DNA of 64,000 nucleotides from positions 1 to 64,000 of IMG/VR virus record IMGVR_UViG_3300024502_000010; one strand, written 5' to 3'. Shown piece after piece: positions 1-12,317 of the stretch; within the stretch, counting starts at the first letter, position 1; every line of letters starts with the position of its first letter. The notes beneath the pieces are model-generated. The model was not told the DNA's origin, did not search any database, and saw nothing but the letters and a program-made list of their open reading frames with translations. The position numbers and the translations under genes were made by a program.

Positions 1-390
1 CAACACCACTATAGTTAATATCAGTACCATTGAGATTAGTTACTGTTCCAGTAGTACTGTTCAGTGTAGCAATAGTACCAACACCACTATAGTTAATATC
101 AGTACCATTGAGATTAGTTACTGTTCCTGTAGTGCTGTTTAGTGTAACAACAGTGCCAATACCAGTATAATTGATATTAGTTCCATTTAAGTTGGTTACA
201 GTACCAATACCACTGTAGTTAATATCAGTACCACTAAGATTAGTTACCGTTCCTTCGGTGCTGTTTAGAGTGGTAAAAGTACTAATACCAGTATAATTAA
301 TATCTGTTCCTGTTAGAGTTGTGATGAATCCAGTAGTACTGTTCAAAGTTGTAACAGTACCTACTCCGGTTACATTAAGATCTTGAGTGT
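1..390 (-). repeat. 78-bp (26-aa) degenerate tandem repeat in the tail fibre gene, block 1
   Basis: caacaccactatagttaatatcagtaccattgagattagttactgttcc recurs with period 78; peptide unit is about GVGTIATLNSTTGTVTNLNGTDINYS. Confidence 0.85.
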
Positions 391-3300
391 TTAGAGTACC
401 ATAAACAGTTGCACCAATTCCAGAGGTTTCAAATACTTTTAAATTGTCATAATAAAGTGAAATCGAACCATCCGCAGTAAAAGTAGCAAGAGTTTTATTT
501 CCCGTATCATCATAGAAAAGATGTGAGCTAGCTCTATGATAAGTGTTGGAAGCATCAATAAAGAGATTTCCAACTCCAATATCGCGAATAAAACTATTGC
601 CCCCATCGTGATAAATTCTTAAATCATTGCCGTCACCAAAGTAAACACTCTTGCCATCAGTAATTTTTACATCACCATGGAATGTGGAAACACCAGAAAC
701 ACTTAATTGTTTGGTGAATAATGTTGGTCCAGCAACTGTTGTAATACCAGCAAAAGTGGAGAGACCAGAAACATTGATATTAGTCGAATTTAAATTATCA
801 ATCGTAGAGTTTGTACTATTGAAAGTCGCAATAGTACCAATACCACTATAGTTGATATTAGTTCCATTGAGATTGGTTACTGTTCCTGCAGTACTATTCA
901 GTGTAACAACAGTGCCAATACCAGTATAATTGATATTAGTTCCATTTAAGTTGGTTACAGTACCAATACCACTATAGTTAATATCTGTTCCTATTAAAGT
1001 TGTAACAGAACCAGTAGTACTGTTTAAAGTTGCAATAGTACCAATACCAGTATAATTGATATCAATACCACCAAGATTGGTTATAGTACCAATACCAGTA
1101 TAATCAATATTTGTACCACTAAGGTTGGTTACTGTTCCTGTAGTGCTGTTTAAAGTCGCAATCGTACCAATACCAGCATAATTGGCATTTATACCACCAA
1201 GATTGGTTATAGTACCAATGCCATTATAATTTACATTCGTACCACTTAGGTTAGTTACGGTTCCAGTAGTACTATTAAGAGTTGCAATAGTACCAATACC
1301 ACTATAATTGATATTAGTTCCATTGAGATTGGTTACTGTTCCTGTAGTACTATTCAGTGTTGCAATAGTACCAATACCAGTATAATTAACATTTGTGCCA
1401 CTAAGGTTAGTTACTGCCCCTGTAGTACTATTAAGAGTTGCAATAGTACCAATGCCATTATAATTTACATTCGTACCACTTAGGTTAGTTACGGTCCCAG
1501 TAGTGCTATTCAGTGTAGTAATAGTACCAATACCACTGTAGTTAATATCAGTGCCGCTGAGATTAGTTACTGCTCCAGTAGTACTATTCAATGTTGCAAT
1601 AGTGCCAACACCAGTATAATTGATATTAGTTCCATTTAGGTTAACTACAGTACCGACACCGCTGTAGTTAATATCAGTACCACTAAGATCAGTTACTGTT
1701 CCAGTAGTACTATTAAGAGTTGCAATAGTACCAATACCACTATAATTGATATTAGTACCATTGAGGTTAGTTACCGTTCCGTTGGTACTATTCAGAGTGA
1801 CAATAGTACCAACACCACTGTAGTTAATATCAGTACCACTAAGATTAGTTACTGTTCCTGTGGTGCTGTTTAAAGTTATAATGGTGCTTATGCCAGAAGC
1901 ATTAATATTTCTTACGACTGCTAAATCACTTTCAGTGAATTGAACAGCACCTGCCGCTAATCTGGTTCCATATGGGAATTGTGTACTGCCAATACCTACA
2001 GCATAGTTTATCAACCAAGCATCAGTTCCGAGTCCAGCAAACTCACCTGCCTTGAACCACATAATTTTCTTATATGTGGCAGGATTTGTTTCGATACCAG
2101 CGATGAATAACTGAACTAATGGAGTTCCTTCTGTTGATGCGACTGCAACGCCACCATGATTTGCCGTATTATCATTTGAAACATCATTGCCAAGTGCATC
2201 AGTTCTAAATCCAAGAACAATGTCTGGGTCGAATACATTTAATGATTGTGAAAAGATTGCTGCAGATGTTCCCCCAATTGTAATATTACCCGTTACACTT
2301 AAATCGCGATTGACAAATAAATCTCGCGTAACTGTTACATCTTGTGGAGCAGTAAATTGATTTGGGATGCTTAATACTGGTGAAGAACTCTCTCCAGTTC
2401 CGCTGGTAACTGTAATTTGATTTGCAGTTCCGGAAATTGTTTGGACATAATCCCCAGTTGTATCAGTTCCTAATCCAACACTATTTGGTTGAATTGTTGC
2501 TGCTAATGATACATTGCCGGTTCCATCAAAACTAATTGCAGATGCAACAATATCTCCGGTAATTTCAAATGTTCTTGAGTTTTGAAGAGCAGTTGCTGTA
2601 GATGCATTACCTTGAAGAGATCCTGAAAATGTTGTAGCGGTAATTATTCCCGCATTAAAATTGCCAGACGAATCTCTTGCTACTATTGATGAAGAAGTGT
2701 TATCGCTTGTAGCATTAGAAGTTACCGTAAATGTTGTATTATTACTTTGATTAGCAGTAAAAGTTTGTGATCCAGACAACCCAATGCCAGATGTTTGTAG
2801 AGTAAGCGTTCCATCACCAACAATAATTGAACTGGTAGTTACTCCAGTAACTAAACCTTTTGCATTGACAGTGATGCTTGGAATTGAAGTTTGGGAACCA
2901 AAAGTTCCAACATTATTATTAACTGTTGCAAGAGTAGTTACAGTATTATCTGAAGTTACATCGCCAGTTAAATTTGGAATATTAGTTGTAGATGTTGCAG
3001 TTCCGCTAAAACTTGATGCCGTTACTACACCAACAACTGATACTCCACTACCAACATTTAAACTATTTGTAATATTAACTGATGGTGTGGTTGTTGAACC
3101 GAAATCAAGTGCCTTATGTCCGGATGTGTTATTGATTGTACCTACACCAATAGTTCCCTGAAATGCTACATTTCCAGTTCCGCTATAGATGTAGAATGAA
3201 TTAGTTCCATCCGCTGCTTGGATATATCCACTACTTGGGTGGAAAGATGATGCAGTTATGATTCCAGAATAATTTGCACTTGTACCGCTAAGGTTAGTTA

Positions 3301-4078
3301 CTGTTCCTGTAGTGCTGTTTAAAGTCGCAATAGTACCAATACCATTGTAATTGATATTAGTACCACTGATATTGGTTAAATTTGCTGTAGTGCCGTTTAA
3401 AGTTGTAATAGTACCAATACCAGTATAGTTGATATTTGTACCACTGAGATTAGTTACTGCCCCTGTAGTGCTATCCAGAGTAGTAACAGTACCAATACCA
3501 GAAACATATATTGAAGAAAAGGATGATGCTGCTCCAGCAACTGCTACTCCTTTAACTCCACTATAAACTGCTCCACTAATATAGATACTCTTCCCACTAA
3601 AATTGACTCCACTTGGAAGATTAGTTCCAATAAAGTTTAAAGTTCCAGATTGATAATCAAAGAACCATTCGTCATTATTACCAGAACCAGCAGCAATTAA
3701 TTGAGTTCCTGATGAAGCGGCAGTTGCTGCATTTCCTGAGGTATGAACATATACTTTTACAAGATAAGTAGAACCAATTTCGGGAGGAATCCAATCTGTT
3801 ATATTTGTCTTCCAAGTCCTATTTGTTGATGATGTAATATCAGCAATACATTCTACAGGTAATGATGTTGGATATAAAGTAACTACTGATGTGCTGCTGC
3901 CGGGAATTGTTCCCGGAATTAGATTTGATTGTGACCAAACATTATCCCCTCTTATTAGTAGAGGACTTGAAATAGATTCATTAACCGCATCTTTGATTGT
4001 CGAGACATCGGTTTTTGTTCTACCGTAACCAAGTTTTTTCCAGAGATAATCAATCTTCTGATCGTTTGAAATGGCCAT
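1..4078 (-). CDS. Tail fibre / long virion fibre protein, 3' end truncated by the window edge
   Basis: Absent from the ORF track, apparently because its stop lies outside the window. ATG at 4078 follows the TAA of the upstream gene and reads MAISNDQKIDYLWKKLGYGRTKTD. The body is rich in Thr/Gly/Asn/Ser fibre-type repeats. Confidence 0.75.
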   Translation of the reverse strand, partial: MAISNDQKIDYLWKKLGYGRTKTDVSTIKDAVNESISSPLLIRGDNVWSQSNLIPGTIPGSSTSVVTLYPTSLPVECIADITSSTNRTWKTNITDWIPPEIGSTYLVKVYVHTSGNAATAASSGTQLIAAGSGNNDEWFFDYQSGTLNFIGTNLPSGVNFSGKSIYISGAVYSGVKGVAVAGAASSFSSIYVSGIGTVTTLDSTTGAVTNLSGTNINYTGIGTITTLNGTTANLTNISGTNINYNGIGTIATLNSTTGTVTNLSGTSANYSGIITASSFHPSSGYIQAADGTNSFYIYSGTGNVAFQGTIGVGTINNTSGHKALDFGSTTTPSVNITNSLNVGSGVSVVGVVTASSFSGTATSTTNIPNLTGDVTSDNTVTTLATVNNNVGTFGSQTSIPSITVNAKGLVTGVTTSSIIVGDGTLTLQTSGIGLSGSQTFTANQSNNTTFTVTSNATSDNTSSSIVARDSSGNFNAGIITATTFSGSLQGNASTATALQNSRTFEITGDIVASAISFDGTGNVSLAATIQPNSVGLGTDTTGDYVQTISGTANQITVTSGTGESSSPVLSIPNQFTAPQDVTVTRDLFVNRDLSVTGNITIGGTSAAIFSQSLNVFDPDIVLGFRTDALGNDVSNDNTANHGGVAVASTEGTPLVQLFIAGIETNPATYKKIMWFKAGEFAGLGTDAWLINYAVGIGSTQFPYGTRLAAGAVQFTESDLAVVRNINASGISTIITLNSTTGTVTNLSGTDINYSGVGTIVTLNSTNGTVTNLNGTNINYSGIGTIATLNSTTGTVTDLSGTDINYSGVGTVVNLNGTNINYTGVGTIATLNSTTGAVTNLSGTDINYSGIGTITTLNSTTGTVTNLSGTNVNYNGIGTIATLNSTTGAVTNLSGTNVNYTGIGTIATLNSTTGTVTNLNGTNINYSGIGTIATLNSTTGTVTNLSGTNVNYNGIGTITNLGGINANYAGIGTIATLNSTTGTVTNLSGTNIDYTGIGTITNLGGIDINYTGIGTIATLNSTTGSVTTLIGTDINYSGIGTVTNLNGTNINYTGIGTVVTLNSTAGTVTNLNGTNINYSGIGTIATFNSTNSTIDNLNSTNINVSGLSTFAGITTVAGPTLFTKQLSVSGVSTFHGDVKITDGKSVYFGDGNDLRIYHDGGNSFIRDIGVGNLFIDASNTYHRASSHLFYDDTGNKTLATFTADGSISLYYDNLKVFETSGIGATVYGTLNTQDLNVTGVGTVTTLNSTTGFITTLTGTDINYTGISTFTTLNSTEGTVTNLSGTDINYSGIGTVTNLNGTNINYTGIGTVVTLNSTTGTVTNLNGTDINYSGVGTIATLNSTTGTVTNLNGTDINYSGV
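821..1895 (-). repeat. 78-bp (26-aa) degenerate tandem repeat, block 2
   Basis: More than ten consecutive copies of the same unit with synonymous and conservative variation. Confidence 0.85.
3281..3500 (-). repeat. 78-bp (26-aa) repeat, block 3
   Basis: Same TLNSTTGTVTNL.GT.INY.GIGT unit, about three copies. Confidence 0.75.
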
Positions 4079-4079
4079 T

Positions 4080-6698
4080 TTACGCAGCAGCTCCTATGCT
4101 AAGACTCGTTATAGATTGTCCAGATGTTAAAGCAATTCTTACGAGAACAACATTGCCAGTAGCATTACTCATATTTTCGCTACCTAAGGTCATAGTATAT
4201 CCACCACTTAAAGATGTTGAAGCAATAATTCTATCTCCATTAGTAACAGCACAACCATCAGAACCATTTCCACCAGATCCACTCCCCGGAACACCGGAAC
4301 CTGCATAAGCAGTGTCTGCTTTTAACCAACCATTTAATCCACTTGTAGTATCTATACTTGTTCCGGGTGCAGCAATCCAGAGACCCGAAATACCTGTAGA
4401 ACTTGTGATATTAATATCAAAGTTAGCAACAACTTTTCTTCTAAATGCAAAAGTGAAATACTGAGTTCCACTTCTTCCAGATGAAAAATCTGGACCAACT
4501 GGGAGATATCCAGTTGAGTAGTTCACTTGATTATGAGTGATGCTACCCAATCTCACAACCGCTTCTCTTGTTGCAGTAATTCCCGCAGGAGAAGAAGATT
4601 CTGAATATGGGTTGTTGGTGTAAAAATTAGTTACGCCACTATATGATGGAGTGTTTGTAGTAATTCCGGGACCAAAATCATATATTCTCTTACCATTGTC
4701 AGTGTAAGTTCCATCACCAAGTCCAGAAGGAACTGCTATAGAAATTTCGGAAATTCCAGATTGAGATGCAGTATGAACTTGAATGTTCGTTGAAATATCA
4801 CTTGTGTAACTACTGGTTCCATTTACATTCTTAGCACGAACTCTAACTCTATCAACAGTTCTTACGCTTGATGATGTGATTGGAACGGTCAAACTTGCAA
4901 TAGCATATGGTGAAGACACTCCAACATTAGCAATCGGTATCCCACCACTCAGCATACTTGAAGGACCATCAATCTGAGCATAAGTGTAATCAGTATCATT
5001 TGTAGCCGCACTTGAAGTTCCTTCTTGGTTTGTTCCAGTATCAACTTCAACAATATTAGATTGATTAGTATATGTCTGCCCAGTAAGGTTAGTAACTGTC
5101 AGTCCAGATAAAGTAAGAGATGGTGAACCAGTATTATAATAAGGAATACCAGAAACATATCGATAAGTGCCGGCAACATTTTCGGTAAGTGTTGCTGTAG
5201 AAATACTGACAACGGGTGTAGCGGTTATATCATCTTTCACAAACTGCACTGTATTAGTATTTCCAGTAGAACTATGAAGCAACTGCATACTATTCACACC
5301 AGTTGCTAAAGAAGAAACTAATTTAGAAACTTTTGCTTTGAATCCTTTATATAATCCTGGATAATATATGCTTGATGCGAAAGTAGTGGTAGAACCAGAA
5401 GAATTCAATAATTGATAATCACTCTCTTCAGTAATCACCAAACTCGTATAAGTTCCTGAATCATCTCCACTAGTTAATACTCGGGAACCATCTGAAGAAC
5501 CATTCACCTGTGCTGTAAGAGTTCCATTGTTTGCATCATATGCAAAAGAAGAAATTGCTGTTGCTTCAGCAGTTCCACTAGTTACGCGATTAACATCAGT
5601 ACCTGCTGTTAGTGTTGTACCTCCAGTATTATCAGTAAATCCAGAAACAAGTCTTGGACTAGTCCCGGTGCTAGTAACATTCGATAATGTTTTGCTGCTT
5701 AGTCCATCTGGTGCAGTTGGAGCATCATCATAAACTTTTAATAGTGATGTTCCAGTAGCAGGAATAACAGATGGGTTTGCTGTATTGTGTGCGTTTAAAG
5801 TTAGTGTAAGTGTATCTCTACTTGTAGAACTATTTGTACCTTGACTCCAAGTATGCTGAAGTCTAGCGGCAGAAGCATCAGCACCTCCATTAGCAGTATT
5901 AATTAGGATAGAATCATTAGTTGATCCATCTCCCCAGTTCATTGTATAATTAACTGTTGCGCCATTAGTATTTGTTGTATTATTATCTAAGTATAAAGAT
6001 TGCCCTTCTACAACATATAAATCATTACCTGAGAGAGCAGTACCTCCAGATGATGCTCTGTATAAATCAAAAGTAACAACTGGATCTGGTGTATAAACTG
6101 TAATATAATTACTCTTTGCCGCAGAATAACTACTCCCTGCTCCAATTCCGGAGTTATTTTTGGCGACCAAAGAGATTGAGAATAATCCTCCCGCAGGTTG
6201 GGTATATGTATGTGGAATAGAAGCAGAAGCGTAGTTAGAAGTTGTAGTTCCATCGCCCCAATCAACATCATACCTATTTGCGTTTCCGGAACTTGTAACT
6301 GATAAAGTAATTGATAAAGGAGAACCTCCAGTCACCACATTTGATGAAAAATCGACATTAGTAACTGCAGTGTTTCTAATAATATTAAATGCCAGTTCGT
6401 TTAAATCATCTATACTATTGACAATTTTTGTATTGGTTGTGAATGTATTCAATGCTCCTGATGATGTTAAACTTCCATCATCAGCAGAACCTAGAGTTAA
6501 ATATCCACCAGTCCCAGAAAATGATGATGCGGTAACAACACCTGTTATTAATACATCATCAATTACATGAAGTTTTGATGAAGCATTTGTTGTACCAATA
6601 CCAACCTTCCCAGTAACTTCTAATACCGTACTACTTTCGGTATATGATATGATACCAACCTTAAGATTTTTTTGTCTGTTACTGAGATATTTTGTCAT
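4080..6698 (-). CDS. Virion structural protein with PKD-like domains (872 aa)
   Basis: Two PKD-type signatures (YDVDWGDG...HTY and YTMNWGDG...HTW); N-terminal VGIGTT fibre motif; Ser/Thr-rich beta-strand content. Confidence 0.7.
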   Translation of the reverse strand: MTKYLSNRQKNLKVGIISYTESSTVLEVTGKVGIGTTNASSKLHVIDDVLITGVVTASSFSGTGGYLTLGSADDGSLTSSGALNTFTTNTKIVNSIDDLNELAFNIIRNTAVTNVDFSSNVVTGGSPLSITLSVTSSGNANRYDVDWGDGTTTSNYASASIPHTYTQPAGGLFSISLVAKNNSGIGAGSSYSAAKSNYITVYTPDPVVTFDLYRASSGGTALSGNDLYVVEGQSLYLDNNTTNTNGATVNYTMNWGDGSTNDSILINTANGGADASAARLQHTWSQGTNSSTSRDTLTLTLNAHNTANPSVIPATGTSLLKVYDDAPTAPDGLSSKTLSNVTSTGTSPRLVSGFTDNTGGTTLTAGTDVNRVTSGTAEATAISSFAYDANNGTLTAQVNGSSDGSRVLTSGDDSGTYTSLVITEESDYQLLNSSGSTTTFASSIYYPGLYKGFKAKVSKLVSSLATGVNSMQLLHSSTGNTNTVQFVKDDITATPVVSISTATLTENVAGTYRYVSGIPYYNTGSPSLTLSGLTVTNLTGQTYTNQSNIVEVDTGTNQEGTSSAATNDTDYTYAQIDGPSSMLSGGIPIANVGVSSPYAIASLTVPITSSSVRTVDRVRVRAKNVNGTSSYTSDISTNIQVHTASQSGISEISIAVPSGLGDGTYTDNGKRIYDFGPGITTNTPSYSGVTNFYTNNPYSESSSPAGITATREAVVRLGSITHNQVNYSTGYLPVGPDFSSGRSGTQYFTFAFRRKVVANFDINITSSTGISGLWIAAPGTSIDTTSGLNGWLKADTAYAGSGVPGSGSGGNGSDGCAVTNGDRIIASTSLSGGYTMTLGSENMSNATGNVVLVRIALTSGQSITSLSIGAAA

Positions 6699-6705
6699 TT
6701 TCGTA

Positions 6706-7035
6706 TTAGTTAAGAGTTTCTAAAATACTTGCAATGAATTTTAAATTAGTTGCATCACTTCCCGACAAAACTAATTTATCTCCACTCTCAAGAACCAATT
6801 TTCCTGAGAGAAGATTTGCAGTATCATTTCCCGAAATTGGATAATTTTTTACCAATTCAGTATCAGTAGAGCTTCTTCTATGAATAAATGTTATATCGTA
6901 GGGAGATGCTCCGATATTTGTGACTTGTGCCAAAAGAACAACGCCAGTATATCCGACTGGAGCAGTGTAAACTTCTACTGGACTTGTAGAAACTACTGAA
7001 GTTACTGTCTGAAATACATTAAGTGCTAATGCCAT
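6706..7035 (-). CDS. Small virion-associated hypothetical protein (109 aa)
   Basis: Tightly packed between fibre genes; all-beta-like sequence. Confidence 0.6.
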   Translation of the reverse strand: MALALNVFQTVTSVVSTSPVEVYTAPVGYTGVVLLAQVTNIGASPYDITFIHRRSSTDTELVKNYPISGNDTANLLSGKLVLESGDKLVLSGSDATNLKFIASILETLN

Positions 7036-7039
7036 GTTA

Positions 7040-10000
7040 TTATCCTCCTAATGCGAGTATGAATGGTGTCATTGTAGAAAATAAACTTCTTGTATAAGAT
7101 GCACCACTGATTGTTCCTGTTTGTTGATTAATAACAACTCCATCACCAATTCTAAAATTGCCAGATTGATCGGTAGTAGTATAAACAACCAATCCGCCAT
7201 TTCTAGAATCAGTTTCATTTTGTTGAATAGGAACACCACCATTTCTAGGAAGAGCTGTTGCAATGTCAACACCAGAACCAATATATTCTAGAGAATGACC
7301 AGAAGCTAAAACACGACTTTGTTTGAAGAAATTAACTTCACTGCCAACACCAACTACATAAGGAATTGTATCATTAACAGTAATAGTACAGATTCCACTT
7401 GAAATTGGAGTCGAACTCAATACTGCATAATATACAGGAGAAATAATTGCCGATCCTATGGCTGTATTTATTCCTGCATTTGGGGAGCTAAAAGTAACTT
7501 TTGGTGCAACAGTATATCCCCTACCTTCGGAAATAATATCAACTGAAGAAATTGATCCATTTGTAATTTGCACAGATGCAGTCGCTGGTATGCCCCAGTC
7601 AGACTCTGGTGGATCAATAGTTACTATTGCAGGTCCAGTATATCCACTACCTCCAGATGATATACCAATACCTTTTATTGTATAATATAATCTATCAAAA
7701 TAAATTACTTGACCATCGAATGGTCTTACAATACTGATATTTACTGTTCCTGTATTTGAAATATGAGCATGTGGAAGAGTAGAAACTCCAACATAAACAC
7801 TAAATGTGGTGCTTGCCATAGAAACCGCTGGCAAAGCGTTTGCTCCATTTATATTTCCTGCATTTAGGCGAGTTGTGATAATACCAACAAGATTGTCTAT
7901 GAATGACTGTACATCGGCACATGATGATGGACTTGTATTGATGCCTGTAAGAGGATCTGCAATGATTGATAAATCCTTATTTGTTAAATTATTAGTAATC
8001 GCAAGTTTCATTAATTCTCTTGCAGAAGTAAACCCAACAATTGTCTGAGGAACTTCTCCATCAACACCATGTGTTAAAATTGATCCATCTAATTTAAAAT
8101 ACGCTTTAGTAGCATCTAAAGTATTTTTACTTGTATAATCTCTAACATCAATCGATACTGCATCTACAATATATCCAATATCTCTTTTGCACTTATCTGG
8201 GCTTGGATTTGTGAAGTCAGTATATGCAACTCCTATGGCGTTATATGCCAAATCAACAATTTCTTGACGATTTGATTGAATCAAATTATATGCATCATAG
8301 TATCTACCGGGAGCAACAGAAACGGTATTGAATGTATACCCATTTCTTCCAGAAGGATATGTGACTATTCCGGGACCTGAAGGGCAATTAAATTCCAAAC
8401 CATGTAAAGATACTCCCATTCCAACTGAAAACTTATGGGGAATATTTGTAGTTGCAGTTAATATTCCAGTGGTATTATCATATCTTGCAGAAACTATACC
8501 TAAAATTGGAGAATTCAAATTAACTACGAATGTACTTGAATTTGCTGAAGATTGTTCAGTAACAATTCCAGTATAACTCTTACTACCTACACCATCAGCA
8601 ACAAGACCATAATTACCGAATGAAGCATTTGAGTTTGTTAAATCACATGCTCCACCAGATCCGCAATAGACAGCTATGTCATTGCATATAGTAAACAATG
8701 ATACCAACTGGGCATATCCACCATTAGTAATAGAAACTCCAATACCATTTTGATTGTATTGTGTAAAGGAATCTGTAACCATACTCTTAAATGGACCAAG
8801 AACATGGTTACCATCAATCTTCATTCCAATACTGTTGACAATAAAATTAGTACAGTTCCTAATATAAGGAGATTGGCTTGAAAAACCTATCTGGTTTGGA
8901 TTAAATGCAAATACTGCTTTTCCTTTATTTAAAGAACCAGTATATGAAATTTCAGTCACATAATTTCCTTCAGAAACATGGAATAAATCTTGGTCTGGAT
9001 TTAGTGGAGATACTGATACCTCTCTCAAACTATCTCCAGTAATTGAAACTTGTTTTTTAAGGACTAGTGGATTATTTTCTACATAATGTCCAGAAGTAAC
9101 CTTAATAACTGTTCCAGTTGTTGCTACTGTGAGAGCTGCTCCAATTGTTCTTTTTGCATCTCCGAGTTTGAGTCCTGTGTTTGTGTCGTTTCCATCTGAG
9201 GTTACATATAAAATACTTGTTACTTGAGTACCAAGAATTCCCGAAATACCCTGAGCACCTTGTATACCATGAGCTCCCTGAGCTCCTGCATTTCCAGATC
9301 TTCCCTGAGAACCTTGAGAACCTTGAATGCCTTGAGAACCTTGTATTCCAAATCCAGTATTTCCTTGAACGCCTTGAGTACCTTGGACACCTTGACCAGC
9401 AAATTCTCCGGGTAATCCTTGAGATCCTTGAATGCCAAATCCAATAATACCTTGAGATCCAATACTTCCCTGTACACCTTGTCCAGCAAATTGTCCGGAA
9501 ATTCCTTGTGGTCCTATAGGTCCAATAGAACCGATATCACCGACAGATCCTTGAATTCCTTGCCCCTCAAAACCTTGAATTCCTTGTGCTCCAATTTCAC
9601 CCTGAATACCTATTAACCCCTGAGAACCTTGAGTACCTTGCCCCGCAAATTCTCCGGGGATACCTTGAGAACCCTGAGAACCACTAAACCCAGCAGACCC
9701 CTGGGCTCCTTGGCCAGCAAATTCTCCGGGGATACCTTGAGAACCCTGAACACCTGTAGATCCAAGAATTCCTTGAGCACCCTGAGAACCCGATAATCCA
9801 GAAGAACCTTGAGCCCCCTGTCCAACAAATTCTCCAGATATTCCTTGAAGACCCTGAAGACCTCTTTCACCTCTAGCTCCTTGAGAACCTTCAAAACCTT
9901 GAGAACCTTGAAGACCCTGAATTCCTTGGTTTCCAGAAGAACCTTGAACTCCAGTTCCCACTCTACCTTGTGTTCCCTGAGTTCCTTGTCCAGCAAATTC

Positions 10001-12307
10001 TCCAGATATTCCTTGAAGACCTTGAAGACCTTGGGGACCTTGGAGACCTTGTGAACCTTGGGCACCTTGAGTTCCATCTAATCCTTGAATACCTTGAACA
10101 CCCTGAATGCCCTGAACTCCTTGTTCACCTCGGAGACCTTGTGTTCCTTGAGTTCCTTGTCCAGCAAATTCTCCGGATAATCCTTGGAGACCTTGGAGAC
10201 CCTGTAGACCCTGTAGACCTTGAATTCCACCTAAACCTTGAGCACCTTGGGCACCTTGGGCAACAAATTCTCCGGAGATACCCTGAGCTCCTTGCTCACC
10301 TTGTTCGCCCTGTTCACCAATAGATCCCTGAACTCCTTGTGATCCTGCAGGTCCCGGTGGACCTTCATTTCCAGGATCTCCTATATTACCTTGAACACCT
10401 TGAAATCCTTGAGAACCAACACTTCCCTGTACACCCTGTCCAGCAAATTGTCCAGATAATCCCTGAAGACCTTGAAGACCTTGAAGACCTTGAGTTCCTT
10501 GAACACCCTGAGACCCTTGAACACCTTGTCCAGCAAATTCTCCAGGTAATCCTTGAATACCTTGAGAACCTTGCGAACCATCGTATCCTTGAATTCCTAT
10601 TGCACCTTGAGTTCCTTGCCCAGCAAATTCTCCGGATAGTCCCTGAAGACCTTGAAGACCCACATCTCCCTGAGATCCCTGAGAACCTTGAGCACTTAAA
10701 CCACCCTGAATACCTTGGGCTCCTTGGAAACCTTGAGGACCAACTCCACCAAACCTACCTTGAGGACCTTGAGGACCTTGAGGACCATTTTCTCCTTGAA
10801 TACCTTGAATACCTTGAATACCTTGAATACCTTGAGGACCATCTGCCCCCTGAACACCTTGTCCAGCAAATTCTCCAGATAATCCTTGGAGACCTTGACT
10901 ACCTTGAGAACCACTAGTTCCTTGCAGACCTTGTATTCCTTGAGGACCAAAAATTCCCTGAAGACCTTGAGGACCTCTATCGCCAAAAGATCCCTGAATT
11001 CCTTGCAATCCAAATCCAGTATTACCTTGAACACCTTGAACACCTTGGGGTCCAAATCCTCTAATTCCTTGAGAACCTTGAGGTCCTTCGTCTCCCTGAA
11101 TACCTTGAGAACCCTGAGAACCTTGGGAACCTTGGGAACCAAGATCTCCTTTACTTCCCAATCTTCCTTGAACACCAATTAATCCCTGAGATCCTTGTGT
11201 TCCTATTGAACCTTGAGAACCTTGAGTACTTAATCCACCCTGAATACCCTGCGAACCTTGAAGTCCTTGTGTTCCTAATAATCCTTGAGAACCTTGAGCA
11301 CTCAATCCACCCTGAATACCCTGCGAACCCTGATAACCTAAAGAACCTTGAGCTCCTTGACCAGCAAATTCTCCAGATAGTCCTTGAAGACCTTGAGTTC
11401 CCGAAATTCCCTGAGAACCAGAACCCTGAATACCTTGTAAACCTTGAAAACCTATATCTCCCTGAATACCTTGAGATCCGAGATTACCTTGAACACCCAA
11501 ACTACCTTGAGTTCCAGTTCTTCCTTGAGAACCTTGGAAACCCTGAGAACCTAATAAACCCTGAAGACCCTGAGAACCTTGAAGACCCTGTAAACCTTGA
11601 ATACCTTGTTCTCCTTGAGTTCCTTGGGATCCTTGCTGACCTCGTAACCCTTGAATACCCTGAGAACCTAATAAACCCTGAAGACCCTGAAGACCCTGAA
11701 GACCCTGTAAACCTTGAAGACCCTGTAAACCTTGAACACCTTGAATTCCTTGGTCACCAAGTGGTCCCCTTAAACCTTGAGAACCTAAATTTCCTTGAGA
11801 ACCTTGTAAACCTTGAGTTCCTTGAAAACCATAATCACCTTGAATACCTTGGAGACCCTGTAATCCCTGAGATCCCTGAGACCCATTATTTCCTTGAGTA
11901 CCTCTTTGACCTTGAACACCTATAGAACCTTGTGTTCCTATATTACCCTGAATTCCCTGAATACCCTGGACGCCTTGTAGACCCTGCGCTCCATCAAATC
12001 CTTGTGGTCCAGATCTACCTTGTGTTCCTTGTAAACCTTGCGTTCCATTAGCACCTTGTACACCCTGTGCCCCATCAGACCCCTGTACTCCCTGAGCTCC
12101 ATCAGTGCCTTGTAGACCCTGAGAACCCTCAGTTCCTTGTACACCTTGTCCAGCAAATTCTCCAGATAATCCTTGAGAACCTTGAGAACCATCAAGTCCC
12201 TGAATCCCCTGAGAACCTTGAGTTCCTTGGGCTCCTTGGGCTGCGTAACCTTCCTGCGTTACAACGAAGTCTGAAGTATATCCTAAAGTGACATTATAAT
12301 CTGTCAT
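7040..12307 (-). CDS. Collagen-like (Gly-X-Gln) fibre protein with a C-terminal beta-helix-like domain (1755 aa)
   Basis: About 1000 aa of Gly-X-Y triplets with Y mostly Gln. These are followed by [14 protein letters not shown]...AKRTIGAAL, a typical start of a parallel beta-helix domain in cyanophage fibres. Confidence 0.85.
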   Translation of the reverse strand: MTDYNVTLGYTSDFVVTQEGYAAQGAQGTQGSQGIQGLDGSQGSQGLSGEFAGQGVQGTEGSQGLQGTDGAQGVQGSDGAQGVQGANGTQGLQGTQGRSGPQGFDGAQGLQGVQGIQGIQGNIGTQGSIGVQGQRGTQGNNGSQGSQGLQGLQGIQGDYGFQGTQGLQGSQGNLGSQGLRGPLGDQGIQGVQGLQGLQGLQGLQGLQGLQGLLGSQGIQGLRGQQGSQGTQGEQGIQGLQGLQGSQGLQGLLGSQGFQGSQGRTGTQGSLGVQGNLGSQGIQGDIGFQGLQGIQGSGSQGISGTQGLQGLSGEFAGQGAQGSLGYQGSQGIQGGLSAQGSQGLLGTQGLQGSQGIQGGLSTQGSQGSIGTQGSQGLIGVQGRLGSKGDLGSQGSQGSQGSQGIQGDEGPQGSQGIRGFGPQGVQGVQGNTGFGLQGIQGSFGDRGPQGLQGIFGPQGIQGLQGTSGSQGSQGLQGLSGEFAGQGVQGADGPQGIQGIQGIQGIQGENGPQGPQGPQGRFGGVGPQGFQGAQGIQGGLSAQGSQGSQGDVGLQGLQGLSGEFAGQGTQGAIGIQGYDGSQGSQGIQGLPGEFAGQGVQGSQGVQGTQGLQGLQGLQGLSGQFAGQGVQGSVGSQGFQGVQGNIGDPGNEGPPGPAGSQGVQGSIGEQGEQGEQGAQGISGEFVAQGAQGAQGLGGIQGLQGLQGLQGLQGLSGEFAGQGTQGTQGLRGEQGVQGIQGVQGIQGLDGTQGAQGSQGLQGPQGLQGLQGISGEFAGQGTQGTQGRVGTGVQGSSGNQGIQGLQGSQGFEGSQGARGERGLQGLQGISGEFVGQGAQGSSGLSGSQGAQGILGSTGVQGSQGIPGEFAGQGAQGSAGFSGSQGSQGIPGEFAGQGTQGSQGLIGIQGEIGAQGIQGFEGQGIQGSVGDIGSIGPIGPQGISGQFAGQGVQGSIGSQGIIGFGIQGSQGLPGEFAGQGVQGTQGVQGNTGFGIQGSQGIQGSQGSQGRSGNAGAQGAHGIQGAQGISGILGTQVTSILYVTSDGNDTNTGLKLGDAKRTIGAALTVATTGTVIKVTSGHYVENNPLVLKKQVSITGDSLREVSVSPLNPDQDLFHVSEGNYVTEISYTGSLNKGKAVFAFNPNQIGFSSQSPYIRNCTNFIVNSIGMKIDGNHVLGPFKSMVTDSFTQYNQNGIGVSITNGGYAQLVSLFTICNDIAVYCGSGGACDLTNSNASFGNYGLVADGVGSKSYTGIVTEQSSANSSTFVVNLNSPILGIVSARYDNTTGILTATTNIPHKFSVGMGVSLHGLEFNCPSGPGIVTYPSGRNGYTFNTVSVAPGRYYDAYNLIQSNRQEIVDLAYNAIGVAYTDFTNPSPDKCKRDIGYIVDAVSIDVRDYTSKNTLDATKAYFKLDGSILTHGVDGEVPQTIVGFTSARELMKLAITNNLTNKDLSIIADPLTGINTSPSSCADVQSFIDNLVGIITTRLNAGNINGANALPAVSMASTTFSVYVGVSTLPHAHISNTGTVNISIVRPFDGQVIYFDRLYYTIKGIGISSGGSGYTGPAIVTIDPPESDWGIPATASVQITNGSISSVDIISEGRGYTVAPKVTFSSPNAGINTAIGSAIISPVYYAVLSSTPISSGICTITVNDTIPYVVGVGSEVNFFKQSRVLASGHSLEYIGSGVDIATALPRNGGVPIQQNETDSRNGGLVVYTTTDQSGNFRIGDGVVINQQTGTISGASYTRSLFSTMTPFILALGG
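9230..12250 (-). repeat. Collagen Gly-X-Gln 9-bp/18-bp low-complexity repeat region
   Basis: Continuous accttgagaacc/ccttgaagacc-type repeats on the plus strand; these produce the many shadow ORFs in the track. Confidence 0.9.
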
Positions 12308-12317
12308 TTATATCTCC

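Noticed and set aside
1-3500. Fibre repeats as a diversity-generating retroelement TR/VR pair
   Set aside because: Variation is mostly synonymous and not adenine-specific, and no reverse transcriptase is present in the window.
9181-12291. Many Leu/Glu/Lys-periodic ORFs (e.g. 10339..10917, 11197..11925)
   Set aside because: Alternative-frame artefacts of the collagen repeat.
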